Shown one piece after another: positions 15,614 through 23,174 of a DNA stretch of 32,000 nt; the first letter of the stretch is position 1, and every line of letters starts with the position of its first letter. Source of the DNA: Thermofilum pendens Hrk 5 (GTDB lineage Archaea; Thermoproteota; Thermoprotei; Thermofilales; Thermofilaceae). The position numbers and the translations under genes are program-made. Below the pieces are notes generated by a model. That model ran no database searches, was not told the DNA's origin, and saw nothing but the letters and a program-made list of their open reading frames with translations. The stretch is from assembly GCF_000015225.1 (NCBI RefSeq), contig NC_008698.1, positions 1,410,001 to 1,442,000 of the forward strand, in the 5' to 3' direction.

Positions 15614-15651
15614 ACCTCATATATTCTTCCAGACCTCATATATTCTTCCAG
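15614..15651. repeat. perfect tandem direct repeat, 2 x 19 bp (acctcatatattcttccag)
   Basis: Read directly: 15614-15632 and 15633-15651 are identical. The repeat abuts the BRE/TATA of the ABC ATPase gene. Each unit contains a TATA-like atatat core. Confidence 0.9.
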
Positions 15652-16043
15652 CGATCTAAAAGCGCCCGGAAGGGGTAACCCTTCGAGCATGTTACACGCA
15701 TGATTGTGCAAGTAGGATAGAAGTAAGGCTGCTGTAACCAGCTCGGAGAGAGCCTTCACGTAGTCGGGGACAATACGCGCTCGCGTCATAGAGGCCTTCA
15801 CGCTTCTGAACCTCTTCACCAAACTCGCAAGCTTCAGGAAAAGTTGACAAAGCCACCGAGCCCAAAGGCTCACAATGCTTGTATACCCATAACTTCGCGT
15901 GCAACTCCAGCCATTCTCCGCAACGGGAACGTAGTCCTTGACGATAAGCACGCAGGCTCCAAGCCTTCTCGCCTACCACCTGTACTCTTTGCCGTACAAT
16001 GTGCGCAAGAAATATATAACCACGTTTTGTTCTATTTATCGCT

Positions 16044-17090
16044 ATGGTGAAAAGAGTTAGCATCTTGGCGCTCCTCGCAGCTCTACTCGCAACTTCCGTG
16101 CTTCTTTGGCTGAACCTCAGTGCAAGCAAAGCTCCTCCTCAAACGCTCCCTGAAAGCCTGGGCCCCCCGCGCGAGCTGTACTCTGCGAGTAAAGGGTGCC
16201 TCAACGGGGTAGCCGCTCCCTCCTCGCCGGAGGAGCCCGCCCAGGCTACATTGCCCGCCGGCGTGCCGAGCGGCCTCGGCTACCTCGCGCTCGTCGAAAA
16301 GTGCCCGGGGGTTGCGCTGAGGGAGGGCCAAACCCTCGTCCTCGAGTACTCGCTCGGCCCCACGCTCCTGTTCGTCGAGGCTGAGGAAGGAGGAGACGTC
16401 AAGGCGGAGCCCGGCAACGCGCGCCTCGTGGTCTCCGTGTCCAGGAGGGGAGGGGTCTACGCGGTGAACTTCACTCTGGCGCTTAGTGGCGCGCCGTTGC
16501 GCGGCGGGGGCAACATGAGCCTGGTGAAGACCCTGACGCTCCTCTACGACGGCGCGGCTTACTACCTCCCCAACGGTACGCGCGTGGGGCTCGTGTTCCC
16601 GCTCTTCGCTAGAGGGAGAGAGCTCGAGCTGAGCTTCCTCTGGGCGAGGCCCGGCGAGCCCTACAAGCTCGAGAGCCTCAGGCCTGCTACCGCCAGGATG
16701 AAGTTGTTGACCGTGCTGGACATGGAGAGGATGCTCGTAGCCGAGGTAAACGTGTCGTCGGGCGAAGTCGTGCTCGCCAGGCCCCTGAACCGGCCGCTGA
16801 GCCAGGAAGCAGAGCTAGCAAGTGCGCTCGCCGCGCTGGGAGGCTGCCCCCGCCTCTTCGCGCTCGCAACGTACAGTAGCCGCGCGCTCCCCCTCCACCT
16901 CGTGGTCGACTACGCTTCGGGGATCCCGGTGTTCGCCCTAATGCGCGGCGCTCAGCGGACGCTACCCACCTCGAAGGTCGTGTGGGAAGGCAGGGTGCTA
17001 GATGAGGTGCCAGCGTCGACGCTCGCCGCGTTGCTCGGGGTGCGCAGCGACCTCGCCCTGACGCTGGAGCGCGTCCAGCTCAAGGATTAG
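16044..17090 (+). CDS. hypothetical secreted/membrane-anchored protein
   Basis: 348 aa. N-terminal hydrophobic signal or anchor VSILALLAALLATSVLLWL. Five N-x-S/T sequons (NLS, NFT, NMS, NGT, NVS). A TATA aaatatataa lies about 26 nt upstream. No recognisable family. Confidence 0.55.
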   Translation: MVKRVSILALLAALLATSVLLWLNLSASKAPPQTLPESLGPPRELYSASKGCLNGVAAPSSPEEPAQATLPAGVPSGLGYLALVEKCPGVALREGQTLVLEYSLGPTLLFVEAEEGGDVKAEPGNARLVVSVSRRGGVYAVNFTLALSGAPLRGGGNMSLVKTLTLLYDGAAYYLPNGTRVGLVFPLFARGRELELSFLWARPGEPYKLESLRPATARMKLLTVLDMERMLVAEVNVSSGEVVLARPLNRPLSQEAELASALAALGGCPRLFALATYSSRALPLHLVVDYASGIPVFALMRGAQRTLPTSKVVWEGRVLDEVPASTLAALLGVRSDLALTLERVQLKD

Positions 17091-17097
17091 CTAAAAA

Positions 17098-17112
17098 TTA
17101 TTTTTTCTTTTC
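17098..17112 (+). terminator. oligo-T archaeal terminator candidate
   Basis: ttattttttcttttc begins 8 nt after the TAG stop of the 16044-17090 gene. Confidence 0.4.
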
Positions 17113-17231
17113 TGGTTCAGCCTCCGGCTAACAGTACAGGGGCTACTCGGGCCTGCTGGCCTCAGTACGTGCGTGATACACTATAGCGTCGAGGGTTACC
17201 GCGCGCACAGTGCTTCCTAGCTACCGCGCCG

Positions 17232-17696
17232 CTAGGCGTAGTCCTCCAGGAAGACCGCCCCGTACTCCCTTCTCAGCTCGTCCAGGTGCTTCGCCATCTC
17301 GCCCTCGGGTCTCTTGAACAACGCCTTGCAGGCGTAGACCCTAGCAACAGCTAATACGTAGCAGTCCGTCAGCGCTACCCCGTACCTCGCCTTCACCCTC
17401 CCAGCCTCTACTGCGAGCTCTACCCCACCCTCCGGCACGCTCACGGATGGAAGCCTGTAGAGCCAAGACACGAGCCTGGAAGCCGTCCCCTCAGGGTCCC
17501 CGGCGCCCAACGCCCGGTAAAGCCTCGCCGCAACGTAGTAGGTCTCGGCTAGGACTGGGTGCGGAATCAAAGCCTCCAGCCTACCCGACAGTAGAGCCGA
17601 GAATACGAGCTCTGCCTGCCTGTGCAGATCGCCCCTCGCGTCGATGTACTCCACTATCACACTGGTATCCAGCGCCACCCTAGCCTTCCTCGACAC
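17232..17696 (-). CDS. vapC: PIN-domain ribonuclease toxin VapC
   Basis: 154 aa. VALDTSVIVEYI N-terminal PIN motif. Start is GTG at 17696 (17-nt overlap with vapB) or GTG at 17678, just after the vapB stop. Confidence 0.85.
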   Translation of the reverse strand: MSRKARVALDTSVIVEYIDARGDLHRQAELVFSALLSGRLEALIPHPVLAETYYVAARLYRALGAGDPEGTASRLVSWLYRLPSVSVPEGGVELAVEAGRVKARYGVALTDCYVLAVARVYACKALFKRPEGEMAKHLDELRREYGAVFLEDYA

Positions 17697-17937
17697 CCAG
17701 GTCCCTCAGGAGCCTCAGGGCCTTATCGGACTCAAGCTTCGCCTCGCGTAGAAGCCTACCCGTAACCTCGGGCCCAGCCTCGACGAAAACCTCGCGGGGA
17801 GGCTCCTCTACCGGCTCCAGGACAACCCTCTTCCCCTCGACGCGCACCCTCAGCACCGTTCCCGGTACGAGGCCGAGCTTCTCCCTAACCTCCTTTGGGA
17901 TAACCACCTGCCCCTTCCTCGAGACAACGGTCTTCAC
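17680..17937 (-). CDS. vapB: AbrB/SpoVT-family antitoxin VapB
   Basis: 85 aa with a GTG start. The swapped-hairpin motif VSRKGQVVIPKEVREKLGLVPGTVLRVRVEGKRVVLEPV is classic AbrB/MazE-type. Confidence 0.85.
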   Translation of the reverse strand: MKTVVSRKGQVVIPKEVREKLGLVPGTVLRVRVEGKRVVLEPVEEPPREVFVEAGPEVTGRLLREAKLESDKALRLLRDLGVEEG

Positions 17938-18090
17938 GTGAAGAGTAAAAAACAGGTCTTACTTAAATCTTACCAAGGGGGCTAGGCTTCTCGCTACGAG
18001 GAATATTTTTCTCCAAGGGTCTAACTACTGCTCGTTAATAAAAGAAAACCTTAAGACTGGACGGCTTTACACTCGACCTTAGAGGAAAAT

Positions 18091-19644
18091 ATGGCTAGCG
18101 ACACCGCGGTCTACGTGATCCACGCGTCCCTACTACTCGTATCCGTGAGCCTAGCGGCTAGCCTCCTGGGCCGCTTGATCTCGAAGCTCGTGGTCGATTG
18201 GCACAGGAACCCCCCGGAAGCCCTGGCGCTCATCGAAGGCAGGGTTCTAGGCGCTCTCCGCGTAGACACGAAGCCTAAGACGAGCTGGAGGGAGTACCTC
18301 GCCTCCCTCCTCGCGTTGAACTTCGCGTCGATAGCGCTGGCAACGCTGGCGCTGTACCTTCAAGGCGTAGTACGGGCGGGGCCCCCGGTCTCCCTGGACC
18401 TCGCCTTCAACACCGCTGTCTCGCTGGTAACGAACACCGGCCTCCAGCACTACGTGGGGGAGCGGGACCTCTCGGCCCTGCTCCAAGTGCTCGTCGTCAT
18501 ACCGATGTCCTTCGTAGCCTCCGCCACCGGCCTCTCGGTCGCAGTAGCCTTCATGAGGTCTCTCGTGGTGGGCGAGCCCGGGAACTTCTTCGCCGACTTC
18601 CTAAGATCCCTCCTCGTCGTCTACGCCCCCATCTCGGTTCTAGCGGCTCTCGCGCTGGTTGCAGCCGGGGTACCCGCCGGGCCCGTCGCTTCTCTAGTGG
18701 CGATAAAGCTCCTGGGAAACGTCGGTGCAGGCTACTTTGGGGCGAACTCCGCCCACCCCCTCGAAAACCCGAGCGCGCTTACAAACTTCTTCGAAGCCTT
18801 CCTGATGCTCCTCGTACCCCTCTCCCTGCCCTTCGCGTACGAAAGGATCGCCGGGCGGGGGAGGGGGTACTCCCTCTACGCCATAGACCTGGTGCTCCTC
18901 TCCCTCCTCCTAGCCATAGCCCCCCTCAGCGGCTTCCCGCTCCTCGGGAGAGGGGTAGAGCCGAGGCTGGGAGGTAGCCCGACTCTCATATTCAACGTCG
19001 TCTCGGCCTTGACGAACACGGGAGCCACTTCCTCGTCGCTGACCCCGATGGGCCCCTCGGCCGTATCCTCGATACTCATGGGCATGTTTATCCAGTCCGC
19101 GCCCGGATCCGCGCTGGGCTTCGTCTACCTCACAGTCTACGTAGTGATAGTAGTCTTCATAGGGTCGCTCATGGTCGGCAAGACTCCGAGGTTCCTAGGG
19201 CGCGCCGTCTCCCCGAGGGCTATCAAGTACGCTGTAGCGCTCTTCCTGGTCCACCCCGTGATAATACTCGTGCCGACAGTAGTAGCCCAGCTAACGGGGG
19301 CGTGCGGCTTCCTCGGACCCCCCGGCCCAGCGACGTTCACGAAGGTATTGCTGGAGTTTTCATCGGCCGCCTCGAACACGGGTATGAGCTACCTCGGCGA
19401 CGCGGCGAACACGCCCTTCTGGAACGTATCCACAGCCATCGTGATGCTACTGGGCAGGTACGTGCCGATAGCACTGATGCTGCTAATAGCCGAGGACCTC
19501 GCCGGGACCCCCCCGGTAAGCCTACCCGACCCCGTGGAGACCAGGGGGCTACTCTTCGTTGCCTTCTCGACCCTAATGATCCTGGTCCTATTCCTCCTGA
19601 CGTTCTTCCCGTTCATAGCCATAGGACCGCTAGCCTCCGGGTGA
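18091..19644 (+). CDS. kdpA: potassium-transporting ATPase subunit A
   Basis: 517 aa. [23 protein letters not shown] aligns with E. coli KdpA [54 protein letters not shown] aligns with [31 protein letters not shown]. The E. coli sequence is recalled from memory. Confidence 0.9.
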   Translation: [517 protein letters not shown]

Positions 19645-19650
19645 ACCTCC

Positions 19651-21756
19651 ATGCCGCCCGACGTGAAGATTCAGTGGACCAGCGTGCTCTGGGAATCGGC
19701 CAAAAAGCTCAACCCGGCGTACCTCTTCGGCGAGAACCCGATAATGTTCGTAGTGGAGCTCGGCGCCTTCTTTACGGCCGTCTACGCGACCCTCGAGGGG
19801 CTCCGCGAGGGCGCCGCCAGCGCCCTCCACGTGCAACTGCTAGTCATACTGCTCGCAACGGTCTGGTTCTCCACGCTCTCGGAGTCCATCTCGGAGCACC
19901 AGGCGAGAGCGAGGGTCGACTACCTCAGGAGCCTCGAAAAGGACGTAGTAGCGCATAAGCTCGTAGGTGACCGTGTCGTCGACGTGCGCTCCTCGGAGCT
20001 TGTGCCAGGCGACGTCGTGGTGGTTGGCGAGGGGGAGTACGTACCCAGGGATGGCTACGTGCTAGAAGGCATAGCGTACGTAGACGAATCCATGCTGACG
20101 GGCGAGTCGGAGCCCGTCGAGAAGAAGAAGGACGACAGGGTGATAGGCGGCACCAGGGTCGTTAGGGGGAGGATCAGGGTGGAGATAGTCGCGGAGCCCG
20201 GTAAAAGCTACATCGACCGGCTCATGGCGCTGATCCAGACGGCCAAGAGGCCGAAGATGAAGAGCGAAGTCATGCTCTCGATACTCCTCGGCGGACTCTC
20301 GCTAACGTTCCTCGTGATAACCGCTTCGCTGTACTTCGCCCTTAGATCGGTGGGCGGCTGGGCAGACCCCGTGCTCGCGGTCGCATTCCTGGTGGCGCTG
20401 ATGCCGACGACTATAGGGGGGCTTCTCCCGGCGATAGGCGTGGCTGGGGTCACGAGGCTGATGGCTGAGAACATCGTAGCTAAGTCCGGGAAGGCGGTCG
20501 AAGCCGCGGGGGACGTAGACGTGATAGTATTCGACAAGACGGGCACTATAACCGAGGGCTCTAGGAGCGCGGTGGCTTTCATCCCGCTAAAGAACTACAC
20601 CGAGAGAGACGTCGCGGTGGCGGCGTACCTGGCCTCAGTGGGGGACAGGACCCACGAGGGGATCTCTATCATAGAGCTCGCGAAGTCCAAGGGCTACGTA
20701 CCGGAAGACCTGCTGGTAAACGAGGCTCTCTCGGCCAGGAAGATAAGCTTCGACGTGCGCACAAGGTTCAGCGGGGTGGAGTTCTCCTGGTACCGCAGGA
20801 AGAGCCCCTTCGCCGGGACAGTCACTCCTCTAAGCGAGGTGTCGAGGCGCATCCTGGAGGCGAGGGAGAGGGGCGAGAGGGTAACCGTGATAAAGGGCTC
20901 CGTGGACTCGGTGTTGGAGGTAGTGAGGGAAGATAGGGCTACTAGGGAGGCTATAGCCCGCATAGTCGAGGAGGTGGGTAGGAGGGGCGAGACCCCGCTA
21001 CTCGTCGCGTTGAACGACGAGGCTGTGGGGGTAGTCGTACTGAAGGATAGGATCAAGGAGGGGGTGAAGGAGAAGATCAGGAGGCTGAAGAAGATGGGCG
21101 TAAAGCTCGTAATGATAACCGGCGATAACCCGGTGACGGCGGAGGCTATTGCTAGGGAAGTGGGCATAAAGCACTACGTGGCCCGCGCGAAGCCCGAGGA
21201 CAAGCTGAGGAGAGTAGAGGAGGAGCAACTGGAGGGGCACGTGGTAGCCGTGCTGGGAGACGGCACGAACGATGCCCCCGCGCTCGCCAAGGCGGACGTC
21301 GGCATAGCGATGAACAGCGGTACGCGGGCAGCCAAGGAGGCGGCGAACATGATAGACCTGGACTCCGACCCCACCAAGGTGGTGAGGGTAGTCGAGGTGG
21401 GCAGAGAACTGCAGACGACGAGGGGGGCGATAACGACCTTCAGCATAATGAACGATATCGCCAAGTACTTCACCATCTTCCCGATGATCGTCGCCCGGAG
21501 CTTCCCCCAGCTCTCCTGGCTGAACTTCATGGGGCTCCACAGCCCCGAGTCCGCGATACTAGCAACGATGATATTCAACGCCGTCATAATACCGTCGCTC
21601 ATACCGCTGGCGCTGAGAGGTGCAGGCTTCAAGGTAGCCTCCTACAGCGAGCTACTAGCCAGGAACCTCCTCGTCTACGGGCTCGGAGGAGTCGTGACGC
21701 CGTTCGTAGCGATAAAGCTTATCGACGTGCTACTAGTATACCTCGGGGTGGGATAG
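19651..21756 (+). CDS. kdpB: potassium-transporting P-type ATPase subunit B
   Basis: 701 aa. N-terminal KKLNP...NPIMFVVELGAFF as in KdpB. Phosphorylation motif FDKTGTIT. Hinge motif GDGTNDAPALAKADVGIAM. MITGDN is present. Confidence 0.95.
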   Translation: MPPDVKIQWTSVLWESAKKLNPAYLFGENPIMFVVELGAFFTAVYATLEGLREGAASALHVQLLVILLATVWFSTLSESISEHQARARVDYLRSLEKDVVAHKLVGDRVVDVRSSELVPGDVVVVGEGEYVPRDGYVLEGIAYVDESMLTGESEPVEKKKDDRVIGGTRVVRGRIRVEIVAEPGKSYIDRLMALIQTAKRPKMKSEVMLSILLGGLSLTFLVITASLYFALRSVGGWADPVLAVAFLVALMPTTIGGLLPAIGVAGVTRLMAENIVAKSGKAVEAAGDVDVIVFDKTGTITEGSRSAVAFIPLKNYTERDVAVAAYLASVGDRTHEGISIIELAKSKGYVPEDLLVNEALSARKISFDVRTRFSGVEFSWYRRKSPFAGTVTPLSEVSRRILEARERGERVTVIKGSVDSVLEVVREDRATREAIARIVEEVGRRGETPLLVALNDEAVGVVVLKDRIKEGVKEKIRRLKKMGVKLVMITGDNPVTAEAIAREVGIKHYVARAKPEDKLRRVEEEQLEGHVVAVLGDGTNDAPALAKADVGIAMNSGTRAAKEAANMIDLDSDPTKVVRVVEVGRELQTTRGAITTFSIMNDIAKYFTIFPMIVARSFPQLSWLNFMGLHSPESAILATMIFNAVIIPSLIPLALRGAGFKVASYSELLARNLLVYGLGGVVTPFVAIKLIDVLLVYLGVG

Positions 21757-21757
21757 G

Positions 21758-22183
21758 ATGCAGCGCTACGTAAGGCTCGCCGCGGCCTCCCTGGCACTCT
21801 CCGCAACGCTAATGCTAGTCCTCGGCTTCGCCTACCCAGCGCTCGTGTGGGCGCTATCACTGGCAGTGCCGAAAAGCGGCCCAGAGCTCGCCTCCTGCTA
21901 CGGCGAGAAACCCCAGTTCTTCAAGCCGTTCGCCCCGGAAAACACTTCGTCGGGGTGCGACCCCTTCGTGCCCCTCGACTACGCATTGAGGCAAGTCCCG
22001 GAGGTTAGCAGGAAGACAGGCCTCCCAGAGGAACTCGTCGCCCGAGTCCTCCGGGAGAACGCGGAGAAGTACAGGGCGGCGAACCTCTACGTGCTTGGGC
22101 CCGGCTACGACATCGTAAACGTAGTCGAGGTGAACAAGGAGCTCGCAAAGCTCGCCGAGAGGAAAGGCGGGGGAGGCGGGTGA
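21758..22183 (+). CDS. kdpC: potassium-transporting ATPase subunit C (short form)
   Basis: 141 aa. N-terminal transmembrane helix. The C-terminal IVNVVEVNKELAKL aligns with E. coli KdpC VVNIVELNLALDKL, and ALRQVPEVSRKTGLPEELVARVL aligns with [23 protein letters not shown]. The ATG lies 1 nt after the kdpB stop. Confidence 0.7.
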   Translation: MQRYVRLAAASLALSATLMLVLGFAYPALVWALSLAVPKSGPELASCYGEKPQFFKPFAPENTSSGCDPFVPLDYALRQVPEVSRKTGLPEELVARVLRENAEKYRAANLYVLGPGYDIVNVVEVNKELAKLAERKGGGGG

Positions 22184-22299
22184 CCGTAGAGGACGCGCTC
22201 TTCCTAGCGTTCATCGCGATCTCACTGATAGCCTTGCTTAACTCGCTCAGAGAGGCCGGGCCCCGGGAAAAAGCCCGCGGACGTACGAGAAAAGCTTAA
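22180..22299 (+). CDS. small single-pass membrane ORF (39 aa), possible KdpF-like accessory peptide
   Basis: GTG at 22180 overlaps the kdpC TGA (GTGA). Translation is VTVEDALFLAFIAISLIALLNSLREAGPREKARGRTRKA. It has one hydrophobic helix and a basic tail. Not in the ORF track because it is under 60 aa. No independent support. Confidence 0.3.
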   Translation: MTVEDALFLAFIAISLIALLNSLREAGPREKARGRTRKA

Positions 22300-22323
22300 G
22301 GCCTGGGCCAGGCTTAGAGGGGC

Positions 22324-23130
22324 GTGTGCAGGCAACTGATAGCTGTCGGTAACCTCTCAGAGCTACCACCCGCCGTTCTTGAGGCTTTCGCGAAGGCCTC
22401 GGCGTGCGACCCGCTGATGCCTAGCGTCGCGGGCACCGGGAAGTGCGGGAGGCACGGGGACGGATGGGGCTTCGCCGCGGTGACGCTCGAAGAGTATCAG
22501 CGGGTGGAGCACTACAGGTCGACGATACCCGTGTACGAGGACGCCTGGGGCTTCGAGAAGCTTAGGCGGGCGCTCCGCGGAGAGGGGGTTCTCGTCGTTC
22601 ACGCTAGGAAGGCTAGCGCGGGCTCCGTGAGTGCCCGGAACACTCACCCGATCCACTACGGGTGGAGGGGCTACGAGATGTTCCTCGCGCACAACGGGTC
22701 GATGAGGGCGGGGGACCTGGCGGCGAGCCTGGGCGTCCCCGTTCTCCCGGACGTTACCGACACGTTCTACCTCGGCGAGTACGTGTACAGGAGGCTGGAC
22801 CTGCCCGGGGCCGGGAACCTCGCGGAGGCATTCGGGGAGGCTGCGAGGTACACGGAGACGGCGATGAACGTCGCCGCGATGCTGTGGGGCTCCTCCCTGC
22901 TCGGAGTAGCGGTCTCCTACCTCTCGCCCGGCCTGCTGGGGAGCGAGGTGCACGAGAGGTACTACAGGTTGCTCCTGCTACGCGGGGACGGGTGGGTGGC
23001 AGTCTTCTCGTCGACTCTGGCGGAGTACCTCGGCGGTGAGGGATTCGAGGAGCTACCGTTCCAGTCCGGCTTGGCGCTGAGCGTCGAGCGAGGCGGCGGA
23101 GTGCGGGTCAGGGCTTTTAGAGTGGGGTAG
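22324..23130 (+). CDS. class II (Ntn-type) glutamine amidotransferase family protein
   Basis: 268 aa. GTG start followed by Cys2 (MCRQLIAVG), the nucleophile position of Ntn amidotransferases. HARKASAGSVSARNTHPI motif. BRE/TATA aaaagcttaagg lies about 25 nt upstream. Confidence 0.75.
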   Translation: MCRQLIAVGNLSELPPAVLEAFAKASACDPLMPSVAGTGKCGRHGDGWGFAAVTLEEYQRVEHYRSTIPVYEDAWGFEKLRRALRGEGVLVVHARKASAGSVSARNTHPIHYGWRGYEMFLAHNGSMRAGDLAASLGVPVLPDVTDTFYLGEYVYRRLDLPGAGNLAEAFGEAARYTETAMNVAAMLWGSSLLGVAVSYLSPGLLGSEVHERYYRLLLLRGDGWVAVFSSTLAEYLGGEGFEELPFQSGLALSVERGGGVRVRAFRVG

Positions 23131-23137
23131 CCTGCGG

Positions 23138-23149
23138 TGTTGTTTTTAT
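23138..23149 (+). terminator. oligo-T terminator candidate after the amidotransferase gene
   Basis: gtgttgtttttat lies 8-19 nt after the stop at 23130. Confidence 0.3.
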
Positions 23150-23174
23150 CGGCATTCTCTGCGGAGAGGCAGAC

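Noticed and set aside
15571-15951. 127-codon N-terminal extension that makes the ABC ATPase a 420-aa ORF
   Set aside because: The extension runs through a strong BRE/TATA and the 19-bp tandem repeat. It has an atypical Trp/Cys/Tyr/His-rich composition. A normal ABC N-terminus (MNALEAEGLVKRFG) begins at ATG 15570, correctly spaced from the TATA.
22301-22313. 13-bp palindrome GCCTGG-G-CCAGGC between the TATA and start of the amidotransferase gene
   Set aside because: It is short and GC-rich in a GC-rich genome, and the loop is too small for a hairpin. It cannot be distinguished from chance without conservation data.
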